From Planctomycetota bacterium (GTDB lineage Bacteria > Planctomycetota > UBA8742 > JACQVU01 > JANLHZ01), in assembly GCA_024653775.1 (NCBI GenBank), contig JANLHZ010000293.1, positions 400 through 64,399 on the forward strand: a stretch of DNA of 64,000 bases, read 5' to 3'. This document shows positions 15,307 to 24,996 of the stretch, piece by piece; position 1 is the first letter of the stretch; each line of letters begins with the position of its first letter. The notes under the pieces are model-generated. The model worked only from the letters and a program-made list of their open reading frames with translations, was not told where the DNA came from and did no database searches. A program made the translations under genes and the position numbers.

Positions 15307-17562
15307 ATGATGTCAAATGAAGTTCCAGCGGAATTCGCGGATGCGGGTAAGGACTCGCCTGGGAAAGTCCGTGAGAGATCTGCGCCGCTTTTCGTAGGGA
15401 CCGACTCCTCGGGTGAAGCCGTCGTTCTCCCGCCTTCGATGCTTCTCCGCCACGTTATGTGCCTCGGCTCCTCCGGAAGCGGCAAGACGGTTTTCTGCAA
15501 GGCGCTCGTCGAAGAATGCGTCCGCGCGGACGTTCCGGTGATCGCGCTCGATCCGCAGGGAGACATCGTCAGCCTCGCGCTTCGCGGTTCTCCGGAGGAA
15601 CTAGCGAAACAAGGCGTCGATCCCTCTCTCGCCGAGGAGTATTTCGCCAAGGTCGAGGTCGCCATCTGGACTCCAGCGTCGAGGCTCGGGATTCCGCTCA
15701 GCCTGAATCCACTCGCGCTGGGCGGACTCGATGGTCTTGCCCATGAGGAGCGAATCCGCGAAATCAGCGCCATCAGCGCGTCCATCGCCGACCTTCTCGG
15801 CTACGATCTCCGCAAAAAGGAAGGCGGCTACGTCACGGCGATGTTCGACGTTGTCTTCGCGCACATTATGAAGGTCTCGCCCTCGGCAAGGGACATCAGC
15901 GATTTGATCGACCTGCTGGATAGCCTTCCGGATGGACTCGCGGAAGAGGTCGAGCGCGTTGCTGGAAACGGACTACGAAAGGAAGTCATCCGCAGGCTTG
16001 CGACGCTCACGATAGGCGGAAAGTCGCTGCTTTTCGAACTCGGGACGCCTATGTCCGTCGAAACTCTGCTCGGGAAGAACGACCAAAGCCCCGCGAACGG
16101 CAAAACGCGGCTGTCGATAATCTATCTGAACACGCTCGCATCGAAGGAGGAGAAGGCGTTTTTCGTGTCCCGTCTTTCGAGCGCGCTGTATAGCTGGATG
16201 CTCCGGAATCCATCGAAGGAGCCTCAGGCGATGCTTTACATCGACGAGGTCGCCGCGTTCCTGCCTCCGGTGATCAAAACGGCGTGCAAGGAAAGTCTCG
16301 TTACGCTGTTCAAGCAGGCCCGCAAATACGGCGTTTCGTGCCTCCTCGCTACGCAGAACCCCGGAGACCTCGATTACAAGGCGCTTTCGCAGTTCTCGAC
16401 CTGGAACCTCGGACGGCTTGTTGCGAATCAGGATCGCGAAAAGGTCAAGGGATTCCTGAAATCGCTTTCCGGGAGCGACGCGGAACGAATCGTCGACCGC
16501 CTTTCCGGACTCGGTCCGGGCGAGTTCGTGCTGCTCGCGCCAGATCTTCGCGAGGATCCGATAGAGCTGAAGGTCCGCTGGCTCGCAAGCGATCATCGAA
16601 CCATCGACAGCGACGGCATTCCATCGCTCGTTCCCGATGAACTTCGCGCGCTTCTTTGCCCGAAGCAAAAGGCGCAAGACAGCCAGGTAAGGCTCGACGA
16701 AGTCGCGGAGGCAGTGGAATCCAGGAAGGAAAGCGATTCTTCGGACGTCGATTCCGAAGAAGCCGAAGAGACTTCGCTAGCGGAAGACAAAAATCGCGCT
16801 CTTGCGAAAGCTGTAGAGATTCTGCTTTCGCAGCGCGAGGCGCTCTGCGCGGAGACCCTCGCGAACCTGACGGGCGCGAGCGCACAGTATCTGAAAAAGC
16901 AGCTCAATAAAGCCGCTGAGGAAGGCGTGATTCAGCGTTACGATCGCTCCCGGCCGCACGTTTATTTCCACACCGACGTCAAACTCCGCCCGGAATTCGG
17001 ATTGCGTTCACAGGTGCTCGCCGCGTCGATGAACGTAGTCGAGGCGAAGGCGCGGACACTCGCGGAACGTCATCTCGATACCAAATTCCTCGTGATGAAA
17101 TCCGAGACTATCAGCCGCGCGAGGCTCATCCAGTTTCCGCTTTATCAGATCGGGTTCGCGGGAGAAATGACCGAGGGTTTCATTTTCAAGTCGCTAACGA
17201 AGCGCGACGATTTCCTTTATCTCGACGCGCGGAAACTCAAAACGCTTTTCCTGAACTCCACCGGCTGGCACTTCAAGGATACCGCGACCGAGAATCTTCT
17301 CAAGGTTGACGACCTCGACGGCAGGATGAAAACAAAAATCGTCGATCCGGGCGCGCTCGATCTCAGCCCGCAGATGCTCGAAGGTCTGAAAACTCCTGAG
17401 GAAGCGGTGAAAGCATTCAAGCGCAAGTACGAGCCGGAAGTGCTCTCTTCCGTGCTGATGTTCATGCCTGTGTGGCAGATAACCGCGAGAAATGGCGATT
17501 CCGGCAAGGAACGGGAAATTCATATCGACGCTGTGATCGGCAGCCTCTTTGAATTGCCTTGA
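15307..17562 (+). CDS. HerA/FtsK-like P-loop ATPase (DUF87-type) with a C-terminal winged-helix-like extension.
   Basis: RHVMCLGSSGSGKT (Walker A in HerA-like context), LYIDEVAAFL (Walker B) and LLATQNPGDLD motifs. RBS ggag 5 nt before ATGATG at 15307, so the ORF track start 15235 is probably an extension. Confidence 0.5.
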   Translation: MMSNEVPAEFADAGKDSPGKVRERSAPLFVGTDSSGEAVVLPPSMLLRHVMCLGSSGSGKTVFCKALVEECVRADVPVIALDPQGDIVSLALRGSPEELAKQGVDPSLAEEYFAKVEVAIWTPASRLGIPLSLNPLALGGLDGLAHEERIREISAISASIADLLGYDLRKKEGGYVTAMFDVVFAHIMKVSPSARDISDLIDLLDSLPDGLAEEVERVAGNGLRKEVIRRLATLTIGGKSLLFELGTPMSVETLLGKNDQSPANGKTRLSIIYLNTLASKEEKAFFVSRLSSALYSWMLRNPSKEPQAMLYIDEVAAFLPPVIKTACKESLVTLFKQARKYGVSCLLATQNPGDLDYKALSQFSTWNLGRLVANQDREKVKGFLKSLSGSDAERIVDRLSGLGPGEFVLLAPDLREDPIELKVRWLASDHRTIDSDGIPSLVPDELRALLCPKQKAQDSQVRLDEVAEAVESRKESDSSDVDSEEAEETSLAEDKNRALAKAVEILLSQREALCAETLANLTGASAQYLKKQLNKAAEEGVIQRYDRSRPHVYFHTDVKLRPEFGLRSQVLAASMNVVEAKARTLAERHLDTKFLVMKSETISRARLIQFPLYQIGFAGEMTEGFIFKSLTKRDDFLYLDARKLKTLFLNSTGWHFKDTATENLLKVDDLDGRMKTKIVDPGALDLSPQMLEGLKTPEEAVKAFKRKYEPEVLSSVLMFMPVWQITARNGDSGKEREIHIDAVIGSLFELP

Positions 17563-17662
17563 AGCGCAAATGCCCGCGGATTATGATTTTGACAGCTTAC
17601 GCGTAGCTTGGCGGAACCCACGCGTTCACCAGTTTCACGCCCATTCCTTTTCAAGGAAACTT

Positions 17663-19096
17663 ATGTCCCACAATATTAATGTCGAAATCGACTACTCGCG
17701 AATGATGTCGGATGCCGTCGGGAATGAACACGGTATCTCGGATGCCGAAATGGCGCAAATCGCTTCCAGAAAGCCATCGATCGACAAATGGCTGTCGGAA
17801 TTCCGCGGTGCGGGGAAGGCGGACAATCCGACAACGTTCTTCGACCTCCCGGACAAAACGGAAGAAGCTAAACTAATATCGGACCGAATCGGCGAACTGC
17901 GCGATAAATTCGATACCTTCGTCGTTCTCGGCATAGGCGGTTCCGCGCTCGGAAACACCTGTCTCAGGACCGCGCTATGTCACCCGTTCCACAATCGGCT
18001 TGAAGCTCCCGAACGTAAAGGAATGCGCGTCGAGGTGCTCGATAACGTCGATCCGGACCTGATGGCGGGCGCATTCGATATTTTCGACCCCGAACGCACG
18101 GTTTTCAACGTCATAACTAAGAGCGGCAGCACAGCGGAAACTATGTCGCAGCTTCTTTTCGCGACGAGTTGGCTGAAGGAGCGACTAGGGGATCGATGGA
18201 AAAGCCATATTATTGCGACCACCGACGAAAAAAAAGGAAGCCTTCGAAGAATCGCGGATATCGAAGGAATAGAAACGTTTATAGTTCCTGGCGGTGTCGG
18301 AGGTCGGTTCAGCGTCCTTTCGCCGGTCGGACTGATCTCCAGCGCCGCCGCGGGAATCGATATCGTCGAGCTTCTTGAAGGTTCCGCCGCGATGAAATCC
18401 GCCTGTGAGGAATCGTCGCTCGAAAAGAATCCCGGCGCGCTTCTCGCGTCGCTGTACTATCTTGCGGGAGAAAACCACGGAAAGCACATTGCCGTGATGA
18501 TGCCATATTCTCAGCGTCTGAGGGATTTCGCCGACTGGTTCCGTCAGCTTTGGGCCGAAAGCACGGGCAAACGCTGGAACCTCTCAAGGTCGAAGGAAGT
18601 ATATGCCGGACAGACTCCGGTGAAAGCCCTCGGCGTGACGGATCAGCATAGCCAGGTTCAGCTATACATTGAGGGTCCGAATAATAAGACTATAACTCTG
18701 TTTTCCGTCGAAGACTATGAGTCGTCCGTGACTATACCCGCGGAACACGAATATATAGACGATCTTTCGTACCTCCACGGACGGTTGTTCAGCGATCTTT
18801 TCGCTGCGGAGCGTATCGGAACGGAATACGCGCTGACCGCGGCGAATCGTCCGAATCTGACTATATCCATTCCGAAGGTTAACCCGCGTACGGTGGGCGA
18901 GCTGATATTCCTTTATGAATACGTTACAGCTTATGCCTGCCTTCTCTACGACGTCGATCCTTTCGACCAGCCCGGCGTGGAACTCGGCAAGGACGTCACC
19001 TATGCTCAGATGGGAAAGAAAGGCTATGATAAACTTCTCGCGACCTTTAACGAATCGAGAAATAAAATCAGAGCCAGAAAATTCCGTGACGCGTAA
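17663..19096 (+). CDS. pgi: Glucose-6-phosphate isomerase.
   Basis: FVVLGIGGSALG, ITKSGSTAET, GGRFSVLSPVGL and DQHSQVQLYIEG are PGI signatures. Start moved to the ATG at 17663 with an aagga RBS. Confidence 0.8.
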   Translation: MSHNINVEIDYSRMMSDAVGNEHGISDAEMAQIASRKPSIDKWLSEFRGAGKADNPTTFFDLPDKTEEAKLISDRIGELRDKFDTFVVLGIGGSALGNTCLRTALCHPFHNRLEAPERKGMRVEVLDNVDPDLMAGAFDIFDPERTVFNVITKSGSTAETMSQLLFATSWLKERLGDRWKSHIIATTDEKKGSLRRIADIEGIETFIVPGGVGGRFSVLSPVGLISSAAAGIDIVELLEGSAAMKSACEESSLEKNPGALLASLYYLAGENHGKHIAVMMPYSQRLRDFADWFRQLWAESTGKRWNLSRSKEVYAGQTPVKALGVTDQHSQVQLYIEGPNNKTITLFSVEDYESSVTIPAEHEYIDDLSYLHGRLFSDLFAAERIGTEYALTAANRPNLTISIPKVNPRTVGELIFLYEYVTAYACLLYDVDPFDQPGVELGKDVTYAQMGKKGYDKLLATFNESRNKIRARKFRDA

Positions 19097-19406
19097 TCTG
19101 TTGTTTGCATTCGTCTTTTCGATCTTCGCGAATTCCTGCGCGGAGGGGCAGTTTCAAAATCGTGGATCGTATTTCGAGAGACATCAAAGCAGCGATATCG
19201 ACATTGATATCGAAGTTCGGAAGCTATTGACGACGTTGTCCGACGAGTATGCGCTTAGAATCGATATTATATGTAGATCCGGCGTCGTAACCCTGAAAGG
19301 CGAAGTCGATAATCAGGACGACTATAATATTATTTCACGGAAAACCGTTCAGATTCCGGGTGTTTCGCGACTGGTATGCGAACTGACGGTTAAGCCGGAT
19401 CAATAG
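19086..19406 (+). CDS. BON-domain lipoprotein (OsmY-like).
   Basis: Signal/lipobox-like LLFAFVFSIFANSC, then IICRSGVVTLKGEVDNQDDYNIISRKTVQIPGVSRL, typical of a BON domain. GTG start overlapping the pgi stop by 11 nt. The start is uncertain (alternative TTG at 19101). Confidence 0.5.
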   Translation: MTRNLLFAFVFSIFANSCAEGQFQNRGSYFERHQSSDIDIDIEVRKLLTTLSDEYALRIDIICRSGVVTLKGEVDNQDDYNIISRKTVQIPGVSRLVCELTVKPDQ

Positions 19407-19412
19407 TATATA

Positions 19413-20153
19413 CTATCGGAGCAATGCGGAATCGACGTACCATTCGACGTTTTCGTGAGTTTGAAGGTATGATGCGGGACAGGACGCGTCTATAGTTCCG
19501 AATACTGCTTGCTCGAAAGCATGTTTTTTTGTTTTGCCGAAGCATAGAACTATAATCCTATTTGAAGAAAGTATTTCCCTCGGACCTATAGTACAGGCCT
19601 TTCGCGGCATTTCATCGAAAGAATATCCGAACGCTTCGAAGTTGGCTTTATAATTGTCGATTATCGTTCCTTCGGATAGATTCACGACCCTTATACTATC
19701 CTCGATCATTGTTCCCGGTTCATTGAATGCTATATGGCCGTTTTTACCTATGCCTAGAATTGTTATAAGCTCGCCGCCGGAGCATGCCAGCTCGGTCCGA
19801 TATTGTTCCAGGCCGTCCTCGCGATGTGGGACGAGGCGGACCTGGCTATCGACGTCGATCCCAAGTGGCCTAAACAGGTTGTCGCTGAGATACCTCGCGA
19901 AACTCTGGTCCTTTCCTTCCGGAAGGGCTGGGTCCATTTCTATACCATAGTATTCGTCAAGATTGAAGAACCGCACGCCGCGAAGGTCGATCGCGCGATC
20001 CTGATTTGTCCGGCAGAATTCCCGATAGAATTCAACCATCGTGCCTCCAGTCGCGCACACGAGTTTTGCGCTGTTTCCGTCGAGCGAATCCGCGATCTGT
20101 TCCGCCGCGGCGGTTTTTGCCTCCAGTTGATTTTCAAAAACGCGAATTTTCAT
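19413..20153 (-). CDS. nagB: Glucosamine-6-phosphate deaminase (NagB/6-phosphogluconolactonase superfamily).
   Basis: CATGGTMVEFY, FFNLDEYYG and ILGIGKNGHIAFNEPG motifs. Start placed at MKIRVF. Confidence 0.7.
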   Translation of the reverse strand: MKIRVFENQLEAKTAAAEQIADSLDGNSAKLVCATGGTMVEFYREFCRTNQDRAIDLRGVRFFNLDEYYGIEMDPALPEGKDQSFARYLSDNLFRPLGIDVDSQVRLVPHREDGLEQYRTELACSGGELITILGIGKNGHIAFNEPGTMIEDSIRVVNLSEGTIIDNYKANFEAFGYSFDEMPRKACTIGPREILSSNRIIVLCFGKTKKHAFEQAVFGTIDASCPASYLQTHENVEWYVDSALLR

Positions 20154-20334
20154 GAACGATCCGGATCGAGGTGTCCAGCGCAATTTAGCAGGTTGCCGAC
20201 ATTCTGGCGATAGGGAACAAAATTTCTCCATGGGCGATTTTGCTTGTATTATTGTGATTTTGTTTTAGAATCGTACTTCACAGATATTAGGGAAAATTTG
20301 CCCTGACAGACGCCCCCGCGTTTCTTAGGACCTG

Positions 20335-22479
20335 GTGAATAGTATGCGCTTGTCTCTTCTTTACGTGAGTCTTTTCGCTTCGAGCTTTCTCGCTTGCGGT
20401 TCCGAGGAACCGGCTCCCCAGCCGGGACCGAATGAGGGCTGGAATCAGCCGGCGGATAATTCCGGCGGTTTTGGCGCTCAGCCCGCGCCGCAGCCTGCTC
20501 AGAACGGTTTCGGCGCGCAGGACAATAGCGGCTGGCAGGCTCCTGCGCAGACCCCGCAGCAACCCGCGCCGGCTCCGGCGAATAATGGCGCAGCGGATCC
20601 CTGGGGAGCTTCGACTGCGAATACCGCCGCGCCCGCGCCTCAGCAGCAGCCTGGTGGTTGGGATACCGCTCCTGCGCCGGCTCCGGCGAATAACGTAGTC
20701 AATAACGGCGGCGGCTGGGATAACAGCGGCGCTGGTACGAACGAAATCGATTGGGGCGCCGGGCAGGACGAGTGGAATTCGCAGACGAGTTTCACTTCGT
20801 CACAGCCGCAGGAGCCGCCGAGGCTGGTGATCAACGCGAGGACTCGCGTCAATCGTGCGCCGGAAAATGCCGGCGAAAGCGTCGGCCTCGCGGGCGCGGA
20901 AGCGGGAATGCTCGGGGCGGATTCGCTGCTGGACCAGCCCGGCGTCGAGTTCGAGCTTGACGTTCCTTATGCCAACCAGACCACCTTCCTTCCGACGACG
21001 AGCGCGAACTATTTCACGCTCATTTCAAATCTTGGTGCGGAGGTCACTCCGATCGAGCGCCAATACGCTAGACAGATCCTCGTCGACATGGGGAGCGAAA
21101 GCGTTCGCTATCTCGCTGGAGGACTGAAGCATACCGATCCGATCGTGCGCGCGAATTCAGCGCTTGCGCTCGGAGAAATCGGCGACCCGAGCGCAATCGT
21201 GAACGTCATAGAAGTTCTTGACGACGAGAACGATCACGTTCGCGGACAGGCGCTCGTCGCAGTTGCGCGGATGAACATCACTTCGATTCCGTTCCAGGAT
21301 CAGATACCGTTCTGGCAGGCGCTTTACGAGTCGATGGGAGACTACGCTCGGAACAGTCCTTTCGTTCGGATGAACGCTCTGCTCGCGGCTTCGGAGATAG
21401 AGGAAATGCATCCGGAGATTTATGAGCAGATGATAAGCGATCTCAGCGAGCCGGAGGCGGACGACGACACCCGCGCGATGGCGCGCATGGCGTTCAATTC
21501 CCGCTACGCGGTGGGTAACGAGCAAAAGTATCGCGATTACGATCCGATAGCTCGGACGAGATGGCAGCGAGTTCGCCTCGTTCAAATCGAAATCCACGAC
21601 ATTCAGAAAGTTCTGATCACCGTCCTTGCCACGAGAGAGGCGGCGGGATTCTCGATGACCGAGGCGTGGGTACCGCCTTCGGTGAAGCACGACGAACGCC
21701 TCGCGTACGTTCAGAGGGAGATGAGAAAGTATCGATACTGGACCGGCGAACAGATCAGAAACCATTTCTTCGAACTCGAATCCATGCTCGCGAATCTTAT
21801 CGGATTGATGGCGCCGCTCGAGAATCAGAACCGCTGGGTGGTTACGTTTGCGTATTCAGCGACGTTTGGCCGCACTTCGATGGACGCGGAGTTCCGAAAC
21901 AAGACAGTGTTCGAAGCGCAGGAGATCATTGCGAACTCGCTGCAACTTCCGACGCGCACCTGGGATTTCACCGCGGTCGCGGCTGGCAAGGGGGAAGACT
22001 CTCCGATTATTGCGGCTCTTGTCGCGGAGGACGAGGCCGGCACGACGTATAACAATGAGGAAGGTCTCGATTTCACGGAGGATCAGAGTTCGGTCCGTTC
22101 GCGCAGAAGGCGCACCGATCATTTCAACTGGGGACGATCGGCGAACGTTCGAGGAAGTATGCCTAACATCGTCGCGCTGGGCGAAGGCGCGCAGGACGCC
22201 GGCGCGGATACCGGCGGTGGCGGCGGCTGGACGAGTTACGGCGGTTCGACGTCTGGCAGCGCCAGCTCGACACCTTCGAGCGGAGGCCAGGGACAGCCGG
22301 GCGGCGGCAACTCCGGTGGGTGGGGAACTCCTGCCGGCGGCGCTCAGCCGAGCGGCGCTGGTCAGCCCGGCGGTAATTCCGGCGGGTGGGGTGCTCCAGC
22401 GAGCGGAGGAACTTCCTCCGGAGGCGGCTGGAATACTCCGAATAACGGTAATAGTGGAGGCGGCGGTTGGGGTAACTGA
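20335..22479 (+). CDS. HEAT-repeat lipoprotein with a Q/P/A-rich N-terminal and a G/N/S/W-rich C-terminal low-complexity region.
   Basis: Signal peptide plus LAC lipobox-like site. HEAT/PBS-lyase-like repeats (RANSALALGEIGDPSAIVNVIEVLDDENDHVRGQALVAVARM). C-terminal GGNSGGWG x3. Confidence 0.55.
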   Translation: MNSMRLSLLYVSLFASSFLACGSEEPAPQPGPNEGWNQPADNSGGFGAQPAPQPAQNGFGAQDNSGWQAPAQTPQQPAPAPANNGAADPWGASTANTAAPAPQQQPGGWDTAPAPAPANNVVNNGGGWDNSGAGTNEIDWGAGQDEWNSQTSFTSSQPQEPPRLVINARTRVNRAPENAGESVGLAGAEAGMLGADSLLDQPGVEFELDVPYANQTTFLPTTSANYFTLISNLGAEVTPIERQYARQILVDMGSESVRYLAGGLKHTDPIVRANSALALGEIGDPSAIVNVIEVLDDENDHVRGQALVAVARMNITSIPFQDQIPFWQALYESMGDYARNSPFVRMNALLAASEIEEMHPEIYEQMISDLSEPEADDDTRAMARMAFNSRYAVGNEQKYRDYDPIARTRWQRVRLVQIEIHDIQKVLITVLATREAAGFSMTEAWVPPSVKHDERLAYVQREMRKYRYWTGEQIRNHFFELESMLANLIGLMAPLENQNRWVVTFAYSATFGRTSMDAEFRNKTVFEAQEIIANSLQLPTRTWDFTAVAAGKGEDSPIIAALVAEDEAGTTYNNEEGLDFTEDQSSVRSRRRRTDHFNWGRSANVRGSMPNIVALGEGAQDAGADTGGGGGWTSYGGSTSGSASSTPSSGGQGQPGGGNSGGWGTPAGGAQPSGAGQPGGNSGGWGAPASGGTSSGGGWNTPNNGNSGGGGWGN

Positions 22480-22497
22480 CATTTACGGGAATTATCT

Positions 22498-23424
22498 ATG
22501 TCCAAATCCGGCGTGACTGAAATGATTATGAAGTCGGTCGATAAGCTCGGCAGACTTCCCCCGACGCTCAACAAAGTTATTGAAGTTGTAAACAACGCGA
22601 AGGCGAGTCCCAAGGATCTCGCGCAGGTCATAAAATACGATCCCGTGTTGACCTTCGAGATTCTGAAGCTCATAAACAGCGCGTATTTTTCCATAAGAAA
22701 CGAAATCAAAACGCTTTCACAGGCGATTGTTCTTCTCGGTATGAACACCGTGAAGAATCTTTGCCTTTCGATCGCTCTTGCGCAGAAGCTCAGCGCGGAG
22801 ATGCCTGCGAAAACGAACGGCAAATCGTTCTCGATTTCGTATTTCTGGGAGCACAGCCTCAAGGTTGCGATCGCGTCCCGCCTCATCGCGGCGAAGGCTA
22901 TGAATCCGCCTTCGACGAAGGAGGAGTTTTTTCTCGCGGGGCTGCTTCACGATATGGGGAAGCTAGTGATCTACTCCGTGGTTCCGGACGCGTACCTCAA
23001 TATGCTTCACGAGTCGAAGGAGACCCGGAGTTCGGTTCATCACAGGGAGGGCGAGGAGTTCGGGATTACCCACGCGGAAGTCGGTGCTCAGATCGGCAAG
23101 CGCTGGGATTTCAGCGACGGGTTCATCGAGGCGGTTCTCGGCCACCACAAGGACGAATTCTCAGACGAGCATTTCGCGCAGATTGCGAACTGCGTCAAGG
23201 TCGCGAATCACTACGTCCATGTTTACGACGATCTTCGGGAAAGCGAGAATTCTAACGACGAAGTCGAAAAACACGCCCGCGATCCGCTGCCGGACAGCGT
23301 GTTCGGTAGCATCAAAGCGAATCGGGAGAAGGTCGAGGAAGTCCTCGGCGGCGAGCTTCAAGTCGAATTCGAGCGCGCGCAGGCGTTTCTTTCCACGCTC
23401 AGCGGGCAGTCGAATAAAAACTAG
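22498..23424 (+). CDS. HDOD domain signalling protein.
   Basis: PTLNKVIEVVNNAKASPKDLAQVIKYDPVLTFEILKLINSAYF, LLHDMGKLVI and GHHKDE fit the HDOD domain. 18 nt after the upstream gene. Confidence 0.75.
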   Translation: MSKSGVTEMIMKSVDKLGRLPPTLNKVIEVVNNAKASPKDLAQVIKYDPVLTFEILKLINSAYFSIRNEIKTLSQAIVLLGMNTVKNLCLSIALAQKLSAEMPAKTNGKSFSISYFWEHSLKVAIASRLIAAKAMNPPSTKEEFFLAGLLHDMGKLVIYSVVPDAYLNMLHESKETRSSVHHREGEEFGITHAEVGAQIGKRWDFSDGFIEAVLGHHKDEFSDEHFAQIANCVKVANHYVHVYDDLRESENSNDEVEKHARDPLPDSVFGSIKANREKVEEVLGGELQVEFERAQAFLSTLSGQSNKN

Positions 23425-23444
23425 GACACGCAGGGATTGGTATT

Positions 23445-23792
23445 CGTTCGGTGAGCCACGTTTCTTGCGGATTGAGTACCCACCTTGTCCGTGATCTACA
23501 TTAGTGACGCGGACACCGTCGTGATCAGTTAAAAAACTTTCTGAGTAGAAGTGCTTTTGATGTCTGATTTAAGTTTTGATTTCAACTAAGACTTAGTCAT
23601 AATCTTTTAAGCCGCTTTATTATTATACTAAGTTTTATTATACGCTTATAGCCATCATTTTAAAGCCAATAAAATGTATTCGTTCGATAAACCACGTTGA
23701 TAGAAGCGCATACGAAGGTTTTTGCGCGTGGCATGGTCATCTTGACCGTGAAATCGCGAATGGGACGTCCGTGCCACGTGGATCACCGAACG
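23445..23792. mobile_element. MITE-like element: 314-bp AT-rich non-coding core flanked by 17-bp inverted repeats (CGTTCGGTGAGCCACGT / ACGTGGATCACCGAACG, 16/17), between convergent HDOD and prfB.
   Basis: Inverted repeats read directly at 23445..23461 and 23776..23792. The core is ~30% GC versus ~60% in the flanks. No ORF. Confidence 0.4.
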
Positions 23793-23815
23793 TTCACCGG
23801 GATCGATCCGCGGCC

Positions 23816-24920
23816 TTAATTTTCTTCGAACTTCCAGCGCAGGTATGTTTCGATCAGTTCGTCGATGTCTCCGCCCAGAACTTTGTGCACCGCGGAAGTC
23901 GAATATTCCGTGCGTTCGTCCTTCACGCGGGTTTCCGGGTGAATGAAATAGCTGCGGATTCTCTGTCCGAACCCGGCTTTGCCTTTCGATGCGCGATTCT
24001 CCTTCTGTTTCGCGGCGCGCTCCTCCTCCTCACGCCGGCCAAGCTTCGCGGCGAGGAGCTTGATCGCCTGTGCGCGGTTCTGGTGCTGGCTGCGTTCGTT
24101 CTGGCACGAGACGACGATCCCGGTTGGATTGTGAGTCATCCGCACCGCGCTCGCGGTTTTGTTGACGTGCTGGCCACCGGCGCCGGACGCGCAGAAAATA
24201 TCGATGCGGACGTCGTTCATATCGATTTCGATTTTCGATTCGTCCTCGACCATCGGAATCACGTCGACGCCTGCAAAACTTGTCTGTCTCTTCGCGTCCG
24301 CATTGAACGGCGAAAACCTGACAAGCCTCTGCACTCCAATCTCGCCCTGCAGGTTGCCGTAGGCGAATGGACCCTTCACCGCGAAGGTAACGCTTCGATA
24401 CCCGGCTTCCTCGCCCGGCGCTTCGTCGATGAGTTCGACCTCGTAACCCTTGTTCTTCGCCCACGCGCTGTACATTCGAAGGAGGATTGCGACAAAATCG
24501 CACGCGTCGGTCCCGCCTTCCCCCGCGCTGATGATGACGAAGCAGTCGCCGCGATCGTGTTCGCCTGAGAGCAGCGTCAACAGCTCGAAACTTTTCACCC
24601 TGGTCGCTAGTTTTTGAACGGCATCCGCGAACTCATTCGTCTGATCTTCGTTGTCTTCTTCTTCCGCGAATTCGCGCAGAACCTCGAGATCTTCCGCGTC
24701 GCGCAGAATCCTCTCGAACGGTTCGACAATAGACTTCTCGAACTTCAGCGCGGAGATTACCTTTTTCTGGCGTTCCTTGTCGTCCCAGAACCCGGGTTCG
24801 CCCATCACGTTTTCAAGGCGGGAAATCTCGTCTTTGCGAGAGCCCAGGTCAAAGGGACCCCCTTAGCGCGTCAACTCTCCGCGCCACGTCTTCGTATAGT
24901 TGTCCGAGTTCGTAGTCCAT
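23816..24920 (-). CDS. prfB: Peptide chain release factor 2, with programmed +1 frameshift (site at 24848..24854 on this strand copy).
   Basis: SPF and GGQ motifs (RFSPFNADAKRQTSFAGVDV..., ASGAGGQHVNKT). The upstream short frame MDYELGQLYEDVARRVDALRGSL ends at the canonical AGGGGG-N3-CTT-TGA-C shift site and joins the 330-aa frame. Confidence 0.9.
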
Positions 24921-24996
24921 CGCTGTCTCCTTAATTCGTATATCGCAATCTGCCCTGACGGTTCAATAAAATATCGAACCACAGATCGGCAAGGAT

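Noticed and set aside
20400-22470. DNA-level tandem repeats in 20400..20900 and 22200..22470 were considered as a separate repeat feature.
   Set aside because: They are in-frame coding low-complexity segments of the HEAT lipoprotein (Q/P/A and GGNSGGWG), not independent elements.
23445-23792. The AT-rich element was considered as a prophage/att site or an origin of replication.
   Set aside because: There is no integrase, DnaA-box clusters or adjacent tRNA. The terminal inverted repeats favour a MITE-like element.
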